Shown here one piece after another: positions 10,910 through 22,422 of a stretch of DNA of 43,897 nt; the stretch's first letter is position 1, and every line of letters begins with the position of its first letter. Below the pieces are notes generated by a model that worked only from the letters and a program-made list of their open reading frames with translations, was not told where the DNA came from and made no database searches. The translations under genes and the position numbers were made by a program. This DNA comes from Parvularia atlantis (lineage: Eukaryota), in contig CALSCO010000670.1 of assembly GCA_943704415.1 (NCBI GenBank), positions 1 to 43,897 on the forward strand, given 5' to 3'.

Positions 10910-10961
10910 GCGGGTCGCCTTAGCTTGCTGTGCATAGCGCATGTACATGCCGTCTCCTCTT

Positions 10962-13900
10962 TCAACGCGTTGCGAGGCGCTTCTGCAGAGCCTCGAGCTG
11001 CTCGGGCGTGAGCGTGCCGGCCGCGCCGGTTGGCGTGCGTGCCGGCGGTGCCGTGGGCGAGACGCGCGAGACGCCGGGCGAGACGCGCGACACCCCTGGC
11101 CGCGGTGGCGCGGGCGGTGACGTGGCGACCGGGGTCGACGGCGGCGACGTGGCGGCACGCGGGGCGACGGCGGATGGCCGCGCGAGCGACGCGGCCGCGA
11201 CTGGCGCGGCTGCAGCGGGCGGCGGTGAGACGAGCGCGGCAGAGTCGGCGGCGTCGGTCAGGCGGGTGTCGGCGGGCTTGCTGGACGAGCCCAGGCCAAA
11301 GGTCTTGGTCGGCGTCTGCGCTGGCAAGGTAATCTTGACAGAGGTCGCGGGCGGCTGCGGCACGGAGAGCTTGATGACGGGCGCGGGCGGGATGTTGAGC
11401 TTGAGCACGGGGGCGGCGGGCGGGTTGACCTTGATCTTTGGCGCGCCGGACGCGGGCTCGGGCTCAGGCTTTGGCAGCGGCGGCAGCTTGAACTTGAGCG
11501 CCGGCTGTACCACCGGCACTGGTGCAGGTGCTGGTGCAGGTGCAGGTGCTGATGCTGGTGCAGGTGGCTGCGGGGCAGCGGGTGGTGCGCGATCGCTGCT
11601 GCGCGCAGCGTCCGGGCGCGAGGGCATGTTGCTCGGGCGCCGCTGCTGGTATGGTGCGTGCCTGTGCCGCACGACGTGAGATTGCGCACAGCGGCCGCGC
11701 GGGCGGGCGGGCAGCACCGATTGCGCATGTACTCCTCCTGCTGGCGCTTGTTGAGCACGCCCGTGTACGCTTGCGAGGGCTCGCTCAGCGGCTGTGCGCC
11801 AACGTGTGAGCGCAGGCGGCGGGTGGACGGCCATGGCGCACCCGCGGCAGCAGGTACTGCGTATCTTGTGCGGACAGCGGCACCGGCAGGTTGCCGTCCG
11901 TGTACTGCTCGCGTCGCTGCGGCGGCGCAGTCAGTCGGCGTGACCAGGCCGCACCTGGCCACCGCACCGTCATCAGCGGCAGGTTCCACTCCTTCAGACA
12001 CCTGTTTCGCACGTCGTCCTGGTCCACGGGCACAAGATACCTGCGCCGCGCGGCGTCAGACAGCTCACGCACAGTCGCGGCCTACGCACTGGTCCTCGAT
12101 GTACTTGTACACGTGCTCGAGCGCGACCACCTGCGACTCGCCGATCCTGCGTGCCGCGCGGTCGTGAGGTGTCCGTGCACGCCGCGGTGCGTCAACGCAC
12201 GACAGGTTGCTGCGGCGGACGTAGTCCAGGAAGGCCATGTCGGTCGTCATGAGATTCAGGTCGATCATGCTGACGACGTCGAGCGCCTCGATCGCTGCCT
12301 GCGTAACGTCAAGACGCATGCACGTGCACGCCAAAAAAAGGTCTAACCGGCGGCTGCTTCAGCTCGTTGAACTTGTCGTTCACGGCAAACAGCTGCTCAA
12401 CGACGGGCGGGCGCCGGCGCAGCAGCCCGCGCGCGACCACGTAGCGCTCCGAGTTGGCCGGGCGGCTCGTGTACGGCTGCGCGCCACGGGGTGAGCACGC
12501 ACTGCTGTGCGAGCGCGCGCGGTGCTGGAGTGGCACCTTGCAGATGGACACGTCGCGAAAGTTCTTGTACAGGACGTAGACCAGCGCGGCCGTCACGGGC
12601 GTGAAGACGTCGAAGATCTGCGGCCGCCGTCAGCAGCGCTGCCAGACTGACGTGCACGCGTGCGCGACGCGCGCCTTGCAGCAGAAGTTTCCGCCCTCGC
12701 GCAGCACGCACAGCGCCATCAGAAACTGGCATAGGACGAGCTGCCGGAGCTTCTCCTCCTGGAAGTTCTCATCGCCGTCGACGCTGAAGCCCTGTCATGC
12801 GCGCGCACTCAGGGCGGCATCTAGGCGCTTGGGCAGGGCTGCGCGCACGCCGTCCGCCGTCAGCAGGTCCAGCCCGACGCCGTGCGTGGCCTTGTCCGTC
12901 AGGCTCGCAAACGACCGGATGTTTTCGCTCACGTAGATGTCGCCTGTGCCCCGCGTGCCACGCTCAGCGATGTCAAAGCAGCCGCACGGGCAGCGCACCG
13001 GTGTTGTCCACGCCGTAGTGCGTCTCAAAGTTGGTCCGCCAGGGCGCGTCGCGGTGGAACTTGGAAAAGTTCCAGTCGTTCTCGCCGCGCAGCGTGAAGC
13101 CCCTGGCGCAAAGCTGAGCACGTGCCGCACACCGCGCGACCACGCCCACACCAGCCGCGTGCGCCCTGCCGGCGGCGCCACAGGATGTACTCGGTGAAGC
13201 CGCCCGGCCCGGCGCACACGTCGGCAAAGTGCAGCCGGTCACCCTTGCGGCGGCGTCAGGCGCCGGTACACGCGCGCACGGCATCCGCACATACCTGCAC
13301 GGGGTGCAGCAGGCCGTACAGGTGGTCTAGGTTGGCCATCTTGACGGCCGCGCGGTTGTTGAACACGCACTTGCCGATCTTCTCGTACGGGTTGGCGCGC
13401 GTCCGGGCCGGCAGAAAGTAGTTCTCGCCCACGTTATCGAAGCGGCTCTGTGCAGGGTTGGCCACAGGGCGCATGCGCACGCACGCGCGCGCGCGCACGT
13501 AGGCCACGTGCCTTGGCGGCAAAGATGCGCTGCACGAGCTCGGCCGAGGCCAGCACGTCGTAGTCGATCTCGACGCGCTGCCGCGAGCGTCAGCCGTGCT
13601 TGTGCGGCGTGCGCGTCGCGGCCGCACCTTGCCGACGACGATGTTGAGCGGCACGGGCGCGGCGACGAGCGCGTCGGGCGGCGAGCGCAGAAAGTCGACC
13701 TGCGCGGGCACGCTGGAGCGCTCGTGTGCTGCGACGCAGTGGCCACGAACCGTCTGCTCGTGCGGCACGAAGCGGTGCACGTCGACGTCGCTGTGCTGGC
13801 GGAACTCGAAGCCGCGGTCGACGCCCTCGTGGCCCAGGCCGAGCCGCCCCTCGCGCGCCTCGGGCTGCAGCGCCTCGGTGCGCCCTGCACGCGTTGGGCC

Positions 13901-14267
13901 GGATCGGGCCAGCCGTGCGGCACAGCAGGCGGTCGCGCACCTTGCCCGCTCTTGCCCAGGCCCTCACCCTCCTTCCATCCGGCGGCGGCCTGCCGCGCAC
14001 CCGGCACTGTCAGAGACTCACACACGCGCACACGGCTCGGCGCGCGCACCAGCAGCCGCCGGCCCACGCCCGTCACGGTCGGCACGCCCGTCGCCGGTGC
14101 GCTTGTCAGTGCGGCGTCGTCGGCCTCGCGCTCGCGCTTGACGGCGGCGCGCTGCCGCACGGGCGGCGGCACGGGCGAGTGCGCCGGCGTGCGCGCGTAG
14201 CCCTCGTCGTGCTCTGCGCCGCTCAGCACACGGCAGGCCGCGCCTTGAGCGCACCTGTGTACTGCAT
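10962..14267 (-). CDS. CMTR1: Cap-specific mRNA 2'-O-methyltransferase 1 (G-patch plus RrmJ-type MTase) with a Pro-rich C-terminal tail
   Basis: G-patch [71 protein letters not shown]. Start is ATG 14267 (MQYT|EHDEGY), or 14271 if unspliced. Confidence 0.93.
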
Positions 14268-14274
14268 TCATAAG

Positions 14275-15525
14275 TTACAGTGCATGGGCAACCTGCGGAA
14301 CAGCAACAGCGTCTGTAGAGGGGCGCTTGCTCGCCTCGTCGTCACTCGGCCCGGGCGACGCCGGCCGCTTGGCAGACGCGGCGGGCGCGGCGGGCGCGGT
14401 CGGCGCCGGCTCCAGCAGCTGCACGACGTTGAAGCGCTTGTAGCGGTGGTAGTCGCGCACGACGCCAATGCCGCACATGCTCTGGCGGCGGCGCGGGCGC
14501 AAGGAAAGTGAGGCCCCGGCCGCGCAGCGCGTGGCCCGTGCGTGCCTTGATCGCCTCGACGAGGATGACGACCTCGGGCTTGTCCAGGTCGACCTTGTGC
14601 TGCGTGCCCATTGCACGAGCGACGGCCTTGATCACGTCGTTGCGCTTGAGGCACTGCGAGTTGCGCGCGTTGTAGACGATCATGAACTGCGCCGGCCGAG
14701 AGCGGTCAGGCGGCGCACGTGCGCGCGCGTGCGTGCTTGGCGTGCAAACCCGCGTCGGCGGGTGGGCCTCTTCGCGGAATGGCGCCAGCAGGTCGCGCGC
14801 CATCGCCTCGACGTCGTCGTCGGTGGCGCGGCACACGCGCGTGAGCGGCGTGAAGCGCAGGCAGAAGCGCGTCTTGGCGCGGCGCGTCGTGTCGACGTCG
14901 TGCATGATGCGCGCGACGACGTTGACCGGGTCGGCGTGGTGCGGCACGCGCATGATCACGACGCAGTCCATGTCGACGTGCAGCGACATCTGCGCGCGAG
15001 CGCGCGCGCGCGTCGGTGTCAGCGTGCAGCCATCGCGAGAGGTGGCGCACGAGGCGCGGCTTGGTGGCGGCCGGTGTGCCCGCGGCGCTCGTGCCGCGCA
15101 GGCTCGCGAGCTCCTTTTGCAGCGCGTCCTCGACCGTCTCCTCGCCGGGCGGGCGCGCGTCCGCGTCGCCGGCCGGCGCATCCTCCTCTGCCTCATCATC
15201 ACCGTCGCTCTCGCGCGCGGCATCGGGCGGCGCGTCCTCGATGTACTGCGCGGCGGAGGGCCGTGTGACACGCGGGGCACGCATGCGCGTGCGGCCGGCG
15301 TGCGCACCTCGCCCAGCAGTGTGTACAGCTCGCGCACAGTTTGCGCCTCGCGGCCGCGCGGGCACGTCACGACGATCGCGGCCATCCCCGGCTGCAGCTG
15401 GCGCTTGCCCTGCTGCGCGCAAGGGGTTCAGGCACGCTGCGGCGTCCGGCGCGGCGAGCGCGCCGCACCCGCTCGCGCATGCGGAAGAGCTTGCCGCGCG
15501 AGAGGTCGCGCTTGCCGCCCCGCAT
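14275..15525 (-). CDS. THUMPD1: THUMP domain protein 1 (Tan1; tRNA ac4C adaptor)
   Basis: LQPGMAAIVVTC..E..VRELY.LL; KTRFCLRFTP; HKVDLDKPEVVILVEAIK|SMCGIGVVRDYHRYKRFNV. Confidence 0.88.
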
Positions 15526-15537
15526 CGTTGGGCGGTG

Positions 15538-16569
15538 TCACCACAGCTGCAACTCCAGACAAGACAAGTGCCCTCGCCCGTCAAACACCCGGTGGTCGGT
15601 GGCGTCGCAGTAGTGGCAGTGCAGCGGGTCCTCTCGCGCACGCTCGGGCCCGGCGTTGCCCGGGCCGAACCAGTGCGCGAGGTCCGGGTGGTCGGTCACG
15701 AGTAGGTCGGCCTGCTGCCACCACGAGGCGAGATCGGGCCACTCGCGCCGCGGCAGCGCCCACGGCTTGTCGTTGAAGTAGTGGAAGACGAGCGGCGGCC
15801 CGTCGCGCGAGACGTTGAGCCACTGGCGCTGCCACGGGATGAAGTTGTAGCGCTGGTGCACGAACGTAAACGGGACGGGCGGGCGCGCGTCCGCGTAGAG
15901 CTCGGCCAGGGCCTGCTCGTCCATTCCCGAGAGGCACAGGCTCGAGCCGTAGGGCTGGCGCGCGGGCCCGATGAGCGCCTCGAGCCGCGCGAGGTCGGCC
16001 GTGCTCGGCGCGAGCAGGACGGTCGTGCCGATGCCGACAAAGGTGCGCGAGACCCGCGCGGCGCGGACGGCGTCGCTCGGGACGCGGTCGCCGTGCCGCA
16101 GGGCGGCGTAGGGGTTGTCGATGCCGTGCGGGCGGAACGGCTTGGCCCAGGGCGAGGAGAACGTGGCGGCGGGCGGGCGGAGGTAGAAGAGCTCGCGCAG
16201 GTCGCGCAGGACGAGCACGTCGGCGTCGAGGAAGAGCACGAGCCGGTACTCGACCAGGCCGAGGCAGCGCCACTTGGTGAAGCCAAAGGCGATCCAGGCG
16301 CCGTACATCCGCCGCTGCTTCTCCGAGGCCATGGGCACGCACGCGGCCTCGAGGTAGGCCACGGGCACGACGCGGTCAAAGACGCGGGCGAGCGCGGCGC
16401 AGGCCCGGGGCGAGACGTCGTGCGTGACCATGCAGACGAGGTCGACGGCGGCGGTCTCGGCCAGCGCGGCCGCCTCGTGCGCCCTGCGCAGGCTCGCGCC
16501 CAGCACGAGCGCCCCGGGCACATAGCCGTCGCCGCGCATCACGAGCGTTGCGATGGCTCGGTCGCGCAT
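15538..16569 (-). CDS. Glycosyltransferase family 8 (glycogenin-like; resembles viral P13 proteins); intronless
   Basis: ATLVMRGDGYVPGALVLGASL, DLVCMVTHDVS, FTKWRCLGLVEY..LFLDAD (DxD), DEQAL, YNF, HYFNDKPW. Confidence 0.88.
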   Translation of the reverse strand: MRDRAIATLVMRGDGYVPGALVLGASLRRAHEAAALAETAAVDLVCMVTHDVSPRACAALARVFDRVVPVAYLEAACVPMASEKQRRMYGAWIAFGFTKWRCLGLVEYRLVLFLDADVLVLRDLRELFYLRPPAATFSSPWAKPFRPHGIDNPYAALRHGDRVPSDAVRAARVSRTFVGIGTTVLLAPSTADLARLEALIGPARQPYGSSLCLSGMDEQALAELYADARPPVPFTFVHQRYNFIPWQRQWLNVSRDGPPLVFHYFNDKPWALPRREWPDLASWWQQADLLVTDHPDLAHWFGPGNAGPERAREDPLHCHYCDATDHRVFDGRGHLSCLELQLW

Positions 16570-16680
16570 CGGGGCCGGTTGCGGTTGAGGATGAATCACG
16601 GTATTGCGCGCCTCACCCGCGCTAAGTCGCACCGCACCTCGCACCGCGCCCCGCCTCATCCCGCGCCTCACCTCGCAGCG

Positions 16681-17157
16681 ATGGAGTTTGTGCCGTACCG
16701 GGACGAGACGCAGCTGCCGCTGATTACGCGCCTGATCGAGCGCGACCTGTCCGAGCCCTACTCGGTCTACACCTACCGCTTCTTCCTCAACGCCTGGCCC
16801 GAGCTGTGCCTGCTGGCGATGGACGGCGGCGAGTGTGTCGGCGTGGTCGTGTGCAAGCTCGAGCGCCACCGCAACCAGCGCATGCGCGGCTACATCGCCA
16901 TGCTCGCCGTCGACCAGGCACACCGGCACAAGCGCATCGGCTCGACCCTCGTCGTGCGCGCGATCGAGCGCATGCGCCAGCGCGACTGCGACGAGGTCGT
17001 GCTCGAGGCCGAGGTCAGCAACACGGGCGCACTCGCGCTGTACGAGCGCCTGGGCTTTGTCCGCGACAAGCGCCTGTACCGCTACTACCTCAGCGGCACC
17101 GACGCGTTCCGGCTCAAGCTCTGGCTCACGCCGCCCCTGCCCGCGCCCGTGGCCTAG
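16681..17157 (+). CDS. NAA30: N-alpha-acetyltransferase 30 (NatC catalytic subunit, Mak3)
   Basis: DLSEPYSVYTYRFFL, RGYIAMLAVD..RHKRIG, EVVLEAE, LYERLGF.RDKRLYRYYL.G.DAFRLKL. Confidence 0.95.
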   Translation: MEFVPYRDETQLPLITRLIERDLSEPYSVYTYRFFLNAWPELCLLAMDGGECVGVVVCKLERHRNQRMRGYIAMLAVDQAHRHKRIGSTLVVRAIERMRQRDCDEVVLEAEVSNTGALALYERLGFVRDKRLYRYYLSGTDAFRLKLWLTPPLPAPVA

Positions 17158-17219
17158 ACATCATGTACACGATGCGCGCAAATACAGAACAAGACAAAAA
17201 AAAAAAGAGGCACATGCGG

Positions 17220-18596
17220 TCAGTCGGCGCCGCGTGCGAGCGCCGCCGCAACCTCGGCCGCAAACTCGCCCTGCGAAAGCCCGCTCGCGCGCCACAGCCG
17301 CTGGATCTGCACGTGCAGCTCGCCCGCGCGCCGCTCGCGCTGCCGGGCTTGCGCGGCCTGCAGCAGGCGCACGAGCTCGGGGTCGACGCGCCGCACGGCC
17401 ACGTCCAGCGCGGTCTCGCCGGCCGCCGAGCGAGCGGTTAGGTCGGTCGGCGGCTCGTGCTCGAGCAGGCGCTGCGCGATCGCGTGCCGCCCGAACTCGC
17501 ACGCGACGTGCACGGGCGTGCACCCGTCCGCGTTGCGCAGGCTCACGTCCGCGGGCGGGTCGCCCAGCACTAGCAGCAGGCGTACCACATCCTCGCGCCC
17601 GTACCGGCACGCGTCGTGCAGCGGCGAGCTCCCATCGGCCACGTTCTGGCAGTTGACGTCGGGCCGTCGCCGCAGCTGGCCCTGGACCGGCGTCAGCAGC
17701 GCCTCGACCGCGTCCGTGTGGCCCCAGAAGCACGCCTTGTGCAGCGGCGTCTCGCCGTCCTCGTCGCGCGCGTCAACGTTGACGGGCAGGGGCGCGCCCT
17801 CGAGCAAAAGCCGCACGATCTCGGCGCTGTTGGCCTCGCACGCGTAGTGCAGCGCGGTGCACCCACCCGCGTCGGCCGCGTCCGCGTCGCTCACGGGCAG
17901 AAGTAGGCGCACGGCCTCGGCGTGGCCGTTCTTGCACGCGTGCTGCAGCGGCGTCATGCTCACGAGGTCGGCCACGGCCGCAAGCGCCCCGGGCGACTCG
18001 GCCCGGGCGATCAGGCGCGCTAGGGCGATCGTGTCACCCGCCGTCGCGGCCGCGCACAGCTGCTGCGCGTGCGCGTTGGCGTACGGCCAGAGCATGCGCT
18101 CGAGCGCGCCGCGGTCCTTGCAGTCGCTCGCCGCCAGCAGGTCCATCGCCGTCTCGCCGCTGGCCGTGCGCGCCACGGCTTCGACCACGGGCACGGCCGA
18201 GAGCAGCACGCGCAGGACGTCGCGGTGGCCGCGGTCGCAGGCGTAGTGCAGCGGCGTCCAGCGCTGGCGGTCGGCGGCGCCAATGTCGGCGGGCGGGCGC
18301 GCGCCGAGCAAGGCCTGGGCGACGGCTCCGTGGCCCATCTTGCACGCCCAGTGCAGCGGCGTGCACCCGACGCCGTCGCGCGCGTCCGCCTGCACGTTGG
18401 GCTGGCGCAGGAGCGCGCGCACGACGTCGACGTGGCCCGCGCGGCTGGCCAGGTGCAGCGGCGTCCAGCGCACGCGATCGGGCGCGTTCACGTCCGCGCC
18501 GTCCTGCAGAAGCACCGCCGCCGCCCGCGCGTCGCCGTCCAGCGCGGCCGCGTGCAGGGGCGTGCGCGTCTCGTCCGCATCGGGTTGATCGTCCAT
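17220..18596 (-). CDS. Ankyrin-repeat protein (about 10 repeats); intronless
   Basis: Repeated G.TPLH.A...GH..VV..LL motifs; ATG at 18596. Confidence 0.92.
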   Translation of the reverse strand: MDDQPDADETRTPLHAAALDGDARAAAVLLQDGADVNAPDRVRWTPLHLASRAGHVDVVRALLRQPNVQADARDGVGCTPLHWACKMGHGAVAQALLGARPPADIGAADRQRWTPLHYACDRGHRDVLRVLLSAVPVVEAVARTASGETAMDLLAASDCKDRGALERMLWPYANAHAQQLCAAATAGDTIALARLIARAESPGALAAVADLVSMTPLQHACKNGHAEAVRLLLPVSDADAADAGGCTALHYACEANSAEIVRLLLEGAPLPVNVDARDEDGETPLHKACFWGHTDAVEALLTPVQGQLRRRPDVNCQNVADGSSPLHDACRYGREDVVRLLLVLGDPPADVSLRNADGCTPVHVACEFGRHAIAQRLLEHEPPTDLTARSAAGETALDVAVRRVDPELVRLLQAAQARQRERRAGELHVQIQRLWRASGLSQGEFAAEVAAALARGAD

Positions 18597-18622
18597 CGCG
18601 GCCAAGTCACTTGTATCTCAGC

Positions 18623-18714
18623 ATGGACCCTGACAGCGCGTCCGTCCGCTGGGGCGGCGTCGCCCTGCTCGCCCTGCTCGCGTTCGGCGTGCTGCAGCGC
18701 GGTGCGTGCGTGCG

Positions 18715-18750
<36 letters not shown>

Positions 18751-20019
18751 GCGTGGCAGCTACTGTAAGACGGCTGCTGAAAAACATCCGGCAGCGCTCG
18801 GCCTGCCACTCGACCTGGGGCACCTCCTGCTTCTGCAGTGGGTCATCCTGCTCTACCTCCCACCCGACGTCGCCCTGCCGTTCCTGCCGGGCGGCCGCGC
18901 GCCCTCCACAGCGGACGAGAAGGGCGCGGTGCCGGTCGCGGACGCCGGCGAGGACGAGGGCGAGGGTGAGGGCGGCGCGGGCGGCGAGGTCGTGCTCGCG
19001 GCGGCGATCGAGACCCACCCGGCCTACCCAATGGGCCAGCTGCCGGCCGACCCGACGTACCGCGCGATGGTGCAGGAGATGGTGCGCGTGTGCCGGCCAC
19101 CCCCGCACGTGTGCGCGCCTATGCACCGACACGCACGCGCACGCAGATCGACAAGTTTATGCGCCTGGTCGAGACGGACGACCCCGCGCTGTGGGAGACG
19201 CGCGTGGCGACGCCGACGATCAGCATCTACCAGAAAAAGGGCAGCACGAGCGCATTCAAGGTCGTGAGCGTGCTCGAGAACACGCCGCTGACGTGCTTCG
19301 ACATGATGTCGGACGCGCTCAAGCGCAAGCAGTGGGACTCGATGACGGACGAGGCACGGGTGGTGCAAGAGATCGACAGCGACACACGCATCGTCTACGT
19401 GCGCACCAAGGGCGTCATGTTCACGGCCGCGCGCGACGTGCTCGTGCTCAGCCACAAGACGGTCCTGCCCGGCGGGCGCCTGCTCAACGTGACGCGATCG
19501 ATCACCCACCCCGACTGCCCCGAGAGCACCGACGGGACGATCCGCATGAGCTCCGAGCTCGGCGGCATGCTCTGCACCGCGTCCAAGACGCGCGAGGGCT
19601 GCTGCGACGTCTTCCAGATCATCGACGGCGACCCCAAGGGCTCGATCCCCAAGGCCGTGCTCAACTTTGTCGCAACGCAGGCCATCCCGAACGCGACCAC
19701 GGCCATGAACAAGCGCCTGCGCGCCATGCCCTCGATCGAATCGACCCTGGCCCGGTCCGCCGCCGGCGGCGCGGGCCGGCGCGGCGGGCGGCGCGCGGTC
19801 GACCCGGCGCTGGAAGAGCGCATGGTCGCGCTCAAGCGCAAGGTGGACGTGCTCGAGGGCGCGCTGGCGACGGCGGGCAAGGCCGGGGCGGGGGGCGGGG
19901 TGCTCGGCGGCGTCGAGTCGGTGCGGGCCGCGCTCGACTGGGCGAGCCCGTTCATGCTCGCGGCGATCTACTTTGTGAGCGTGTACTCGGTCGTGCGGAT
20001 GCGTCCGCGCGACCTGTGA
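18623..20019 (+). CDS. START-domain lipid-transfer protein with N- and C-terminal hydrophobic segments
   Basis: RKQWDS, IVY.RTKGVMFTAARDVL, RSITHPDCP, DPKGSIPKAVLN; C-terminal TM. The 5' exon structure is uncertain. Confidence 0.82.
18715..18750. repeat. (TGC)12 trinucleotide repeat
   Basis: Directly visible; could be poly-Ala or intronic within the START gene. Confidence 0.9.
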
Positions 20020-20119
20020 CGACGACGACCGTGTGATGCGCGCTTAGACGGTCGTGGTGTGGCACAGCGCGCGTGTGCGCGCGCGATCGACCACGTGGTC
20101 ACATAGACCTTCCATACGA

Positions 20120-22263
20120 ATGGCTGACGACCGTGAGAAGTCGCCGCTGCTCACCGGCGCCGAGGCCGCGCCCCGTGGGCTGAACGGCCGCGACCTGACG
20201 AGGGCTGACGTGCGCGACAAGTCGCCCCTGCTCGACGGCGCGGACGCCGAGGCCGCGCTCCGCGGGCCGCACGGGCTGGATCTGACCTGGGCCGCCGTCT
20301 CGCTCACGGTCACGACCGAGGGCGGGTGCGTGCGCCGGACGACGCGCACGATCGAGGTGCTGCAGGGCGTCTCGGGCCGCGCCCGCGCCGGCCAGACGCT
20401 GGCCGTGATGGGCCCGTCGGGCGCGGGCAAGTCGTCGCTGCTCAACATCCTCGCTGGCCGCACGAGGTGCTCCACCGGCACTATCGCCGTCAACGGCCAG
20501 CCCGTCGAGCCGGCCGTGCTGCAGAGCCTCTCTGTCTATGTCCAGCAGGATGACGTGCTCCTGGGCACGTTCACGCCGCGCGAGGTCATCACCTTCTCGG
20601 CGCGCCTGCGCCTGCCACGCTCGATGTCGCTCGCGGCCAAGCTCCTGCGCGTGCGCGAGCTCATCTCGAGCCTCGGCATCCAGCGCTGCGCCGACTCGCC
20701 CATCAAGGGCATCAGCGGCGGCGAGCGCAAGCGCACGAGCATCGGCGTCGAGCTCGTGACCGACCCGCAGCTGCTCTTCCTGGACGAGCCCACGTCGGGC
20801 CTGGACTCGAGCGCAGCCCTGTCGGTGATGACGCTCGTGACCGATCTCGCCGCCAAGGAGGGCCGCACCGTTGTCACGACCATCCACCAGCCCTCGTCCG
20901 AGATCTTTGGGCGGTTCCAGCGCCTGATGCTGATCAGCCTGGGCGAGGTCGCGTACGACGGGCCGGCCTCGAGCGCGCTCGACTACTTTGCCTCGATTGG
21001 CCTGCCCTGCCCGACCTACACCAACCCGGCCGACCACTTTATCAAGGCGCTCTCGGTCACGGCCGACCCGGCCACGGTCGAGCAGGTGCGCACTATCACG
21101 GGCCGGCTCCGCCAGCGCAAGGAAGTCGCGCTTGAGGACGAGGGCATGGACCAGTCGCCGCGCGTGACCGTCAACGGCGCCGCGGCCTCGGTCGACATGC
21201 TCCTGGCCAGCAAGCCGCAGCGCGCGTCGCTGCTCGAGGAGAGCACGCAGCTGGCCTGGCGCTCCCTGCGCAACTTCCTGCGTGAGCCGCTCACGTTCCA
21301 GGTGCGCTTGATCCAGACCGTGTTTGTGGCCCTGCTCGTGGCGTTGCTCTACTGGGATCTGGGCACAAACCAGGCGTCGATCTCGGACCGCACGGGGGTG
21401 CGTGCCAGTTCTGGCTCGTGCGCCCCCGGCTGACACGCGCGCGGCACACAGGCCATGTTTTTCATCGTCATCTCGATGAACTTTTCAAGCTCGATGTCGC
21501 TCGTGCTGGCCTGTACGTTGCGAAACGACCGCACGCGCGAACGCACGCTGACGCACGACCGCACGCAGTCCCGATCGAGCGCAAAGTATTCATGAGAGAG
21601 CAAGACAACAACATGTACAACGTCCTAACGTACTACCTCGGCAAGGTCGTGAGCGAGCTCCCGTTCCAGCTCATGTTCCCGCTCGTCTTTGGCGTGATCG
21701 TCTACTGGGCGGTCGGTTTCAGCACCGTGACCGCGACCAAGTTCCTCGTCTTCTACCTCGGCCTGCTTCTGCTCAGTCTGCTCGGCCAGTCCGTCGGCAT
21801 GTTCTTCGGCTGCATCCTCCCAACGCCCGAAGCCGCGATCCAGCTCACGCCGATGTACCAGACCGTCACCATGACCTTTGGCGGCTTCTTCGTCGCAATC
21901 GACTCGCTCCCCGTCTGGTTCGCGTGGCTCGCCTACCTCTCGCCCTACCGCTACGGCTTCGAGTTCCTGCTCGTGAACGAGTACACCGGGCTCGAGCTGT
22001 ACTGCGAGGAGGACGAGCTGCGCAACGGCGTGTGCCCGTTCACAGCCGGCGAGGCGCGCGCACGATCTCTGCGCCCCCGCACGCCTCGCCTGCTCACCCG
22101 CACGTACGCACAGGCTGTGCTAAAGGCGCAGGGCATCGAGAGCGACGACCTCGTCGACGGCGCCATCGCGCTCGCGGTCATGGCCGTCGGCTTCCACATC
22201 ATGGCCTACACAGCGCTGGCCTGGCAGGTCTACCGCCGGCGCACCACGACGCTGCGCGACTGA
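20120..22263 (+). CDS. ABCG (White-family) half transporter
   Basis: Walker A GPSGAGKSS, signature ISGGERKR, Walker B LFLDEPTSGLD, TIHQP, NPAD, followed by an ABC2 membrane domain (NBD-TMD order). Confidence 0.95.
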
Positions 22264-22422
22264 TTGCTGTGCTGCGTGGGGAACTTGTCGCGACGTTGAA
22301 CACCGCAAACGTGCGACCTTTGCTTGCTGCGCACGCCGCAGCGCCCATCCATTATTCTTTCCTCGTCCCTTTGTGTTGCCAGTGTGTACAAGCACGGACA
22401 AGAGACACACGGCGATCAGCGA

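Noticed and set aside
15781..16929. Apparent long overlap or fusion of the GT8 and NAA30 ORFs
   Set aside because: The extensions come from non-ATG starts in the ORF track. Homology begins at ATG 16569 and ATG 16681.
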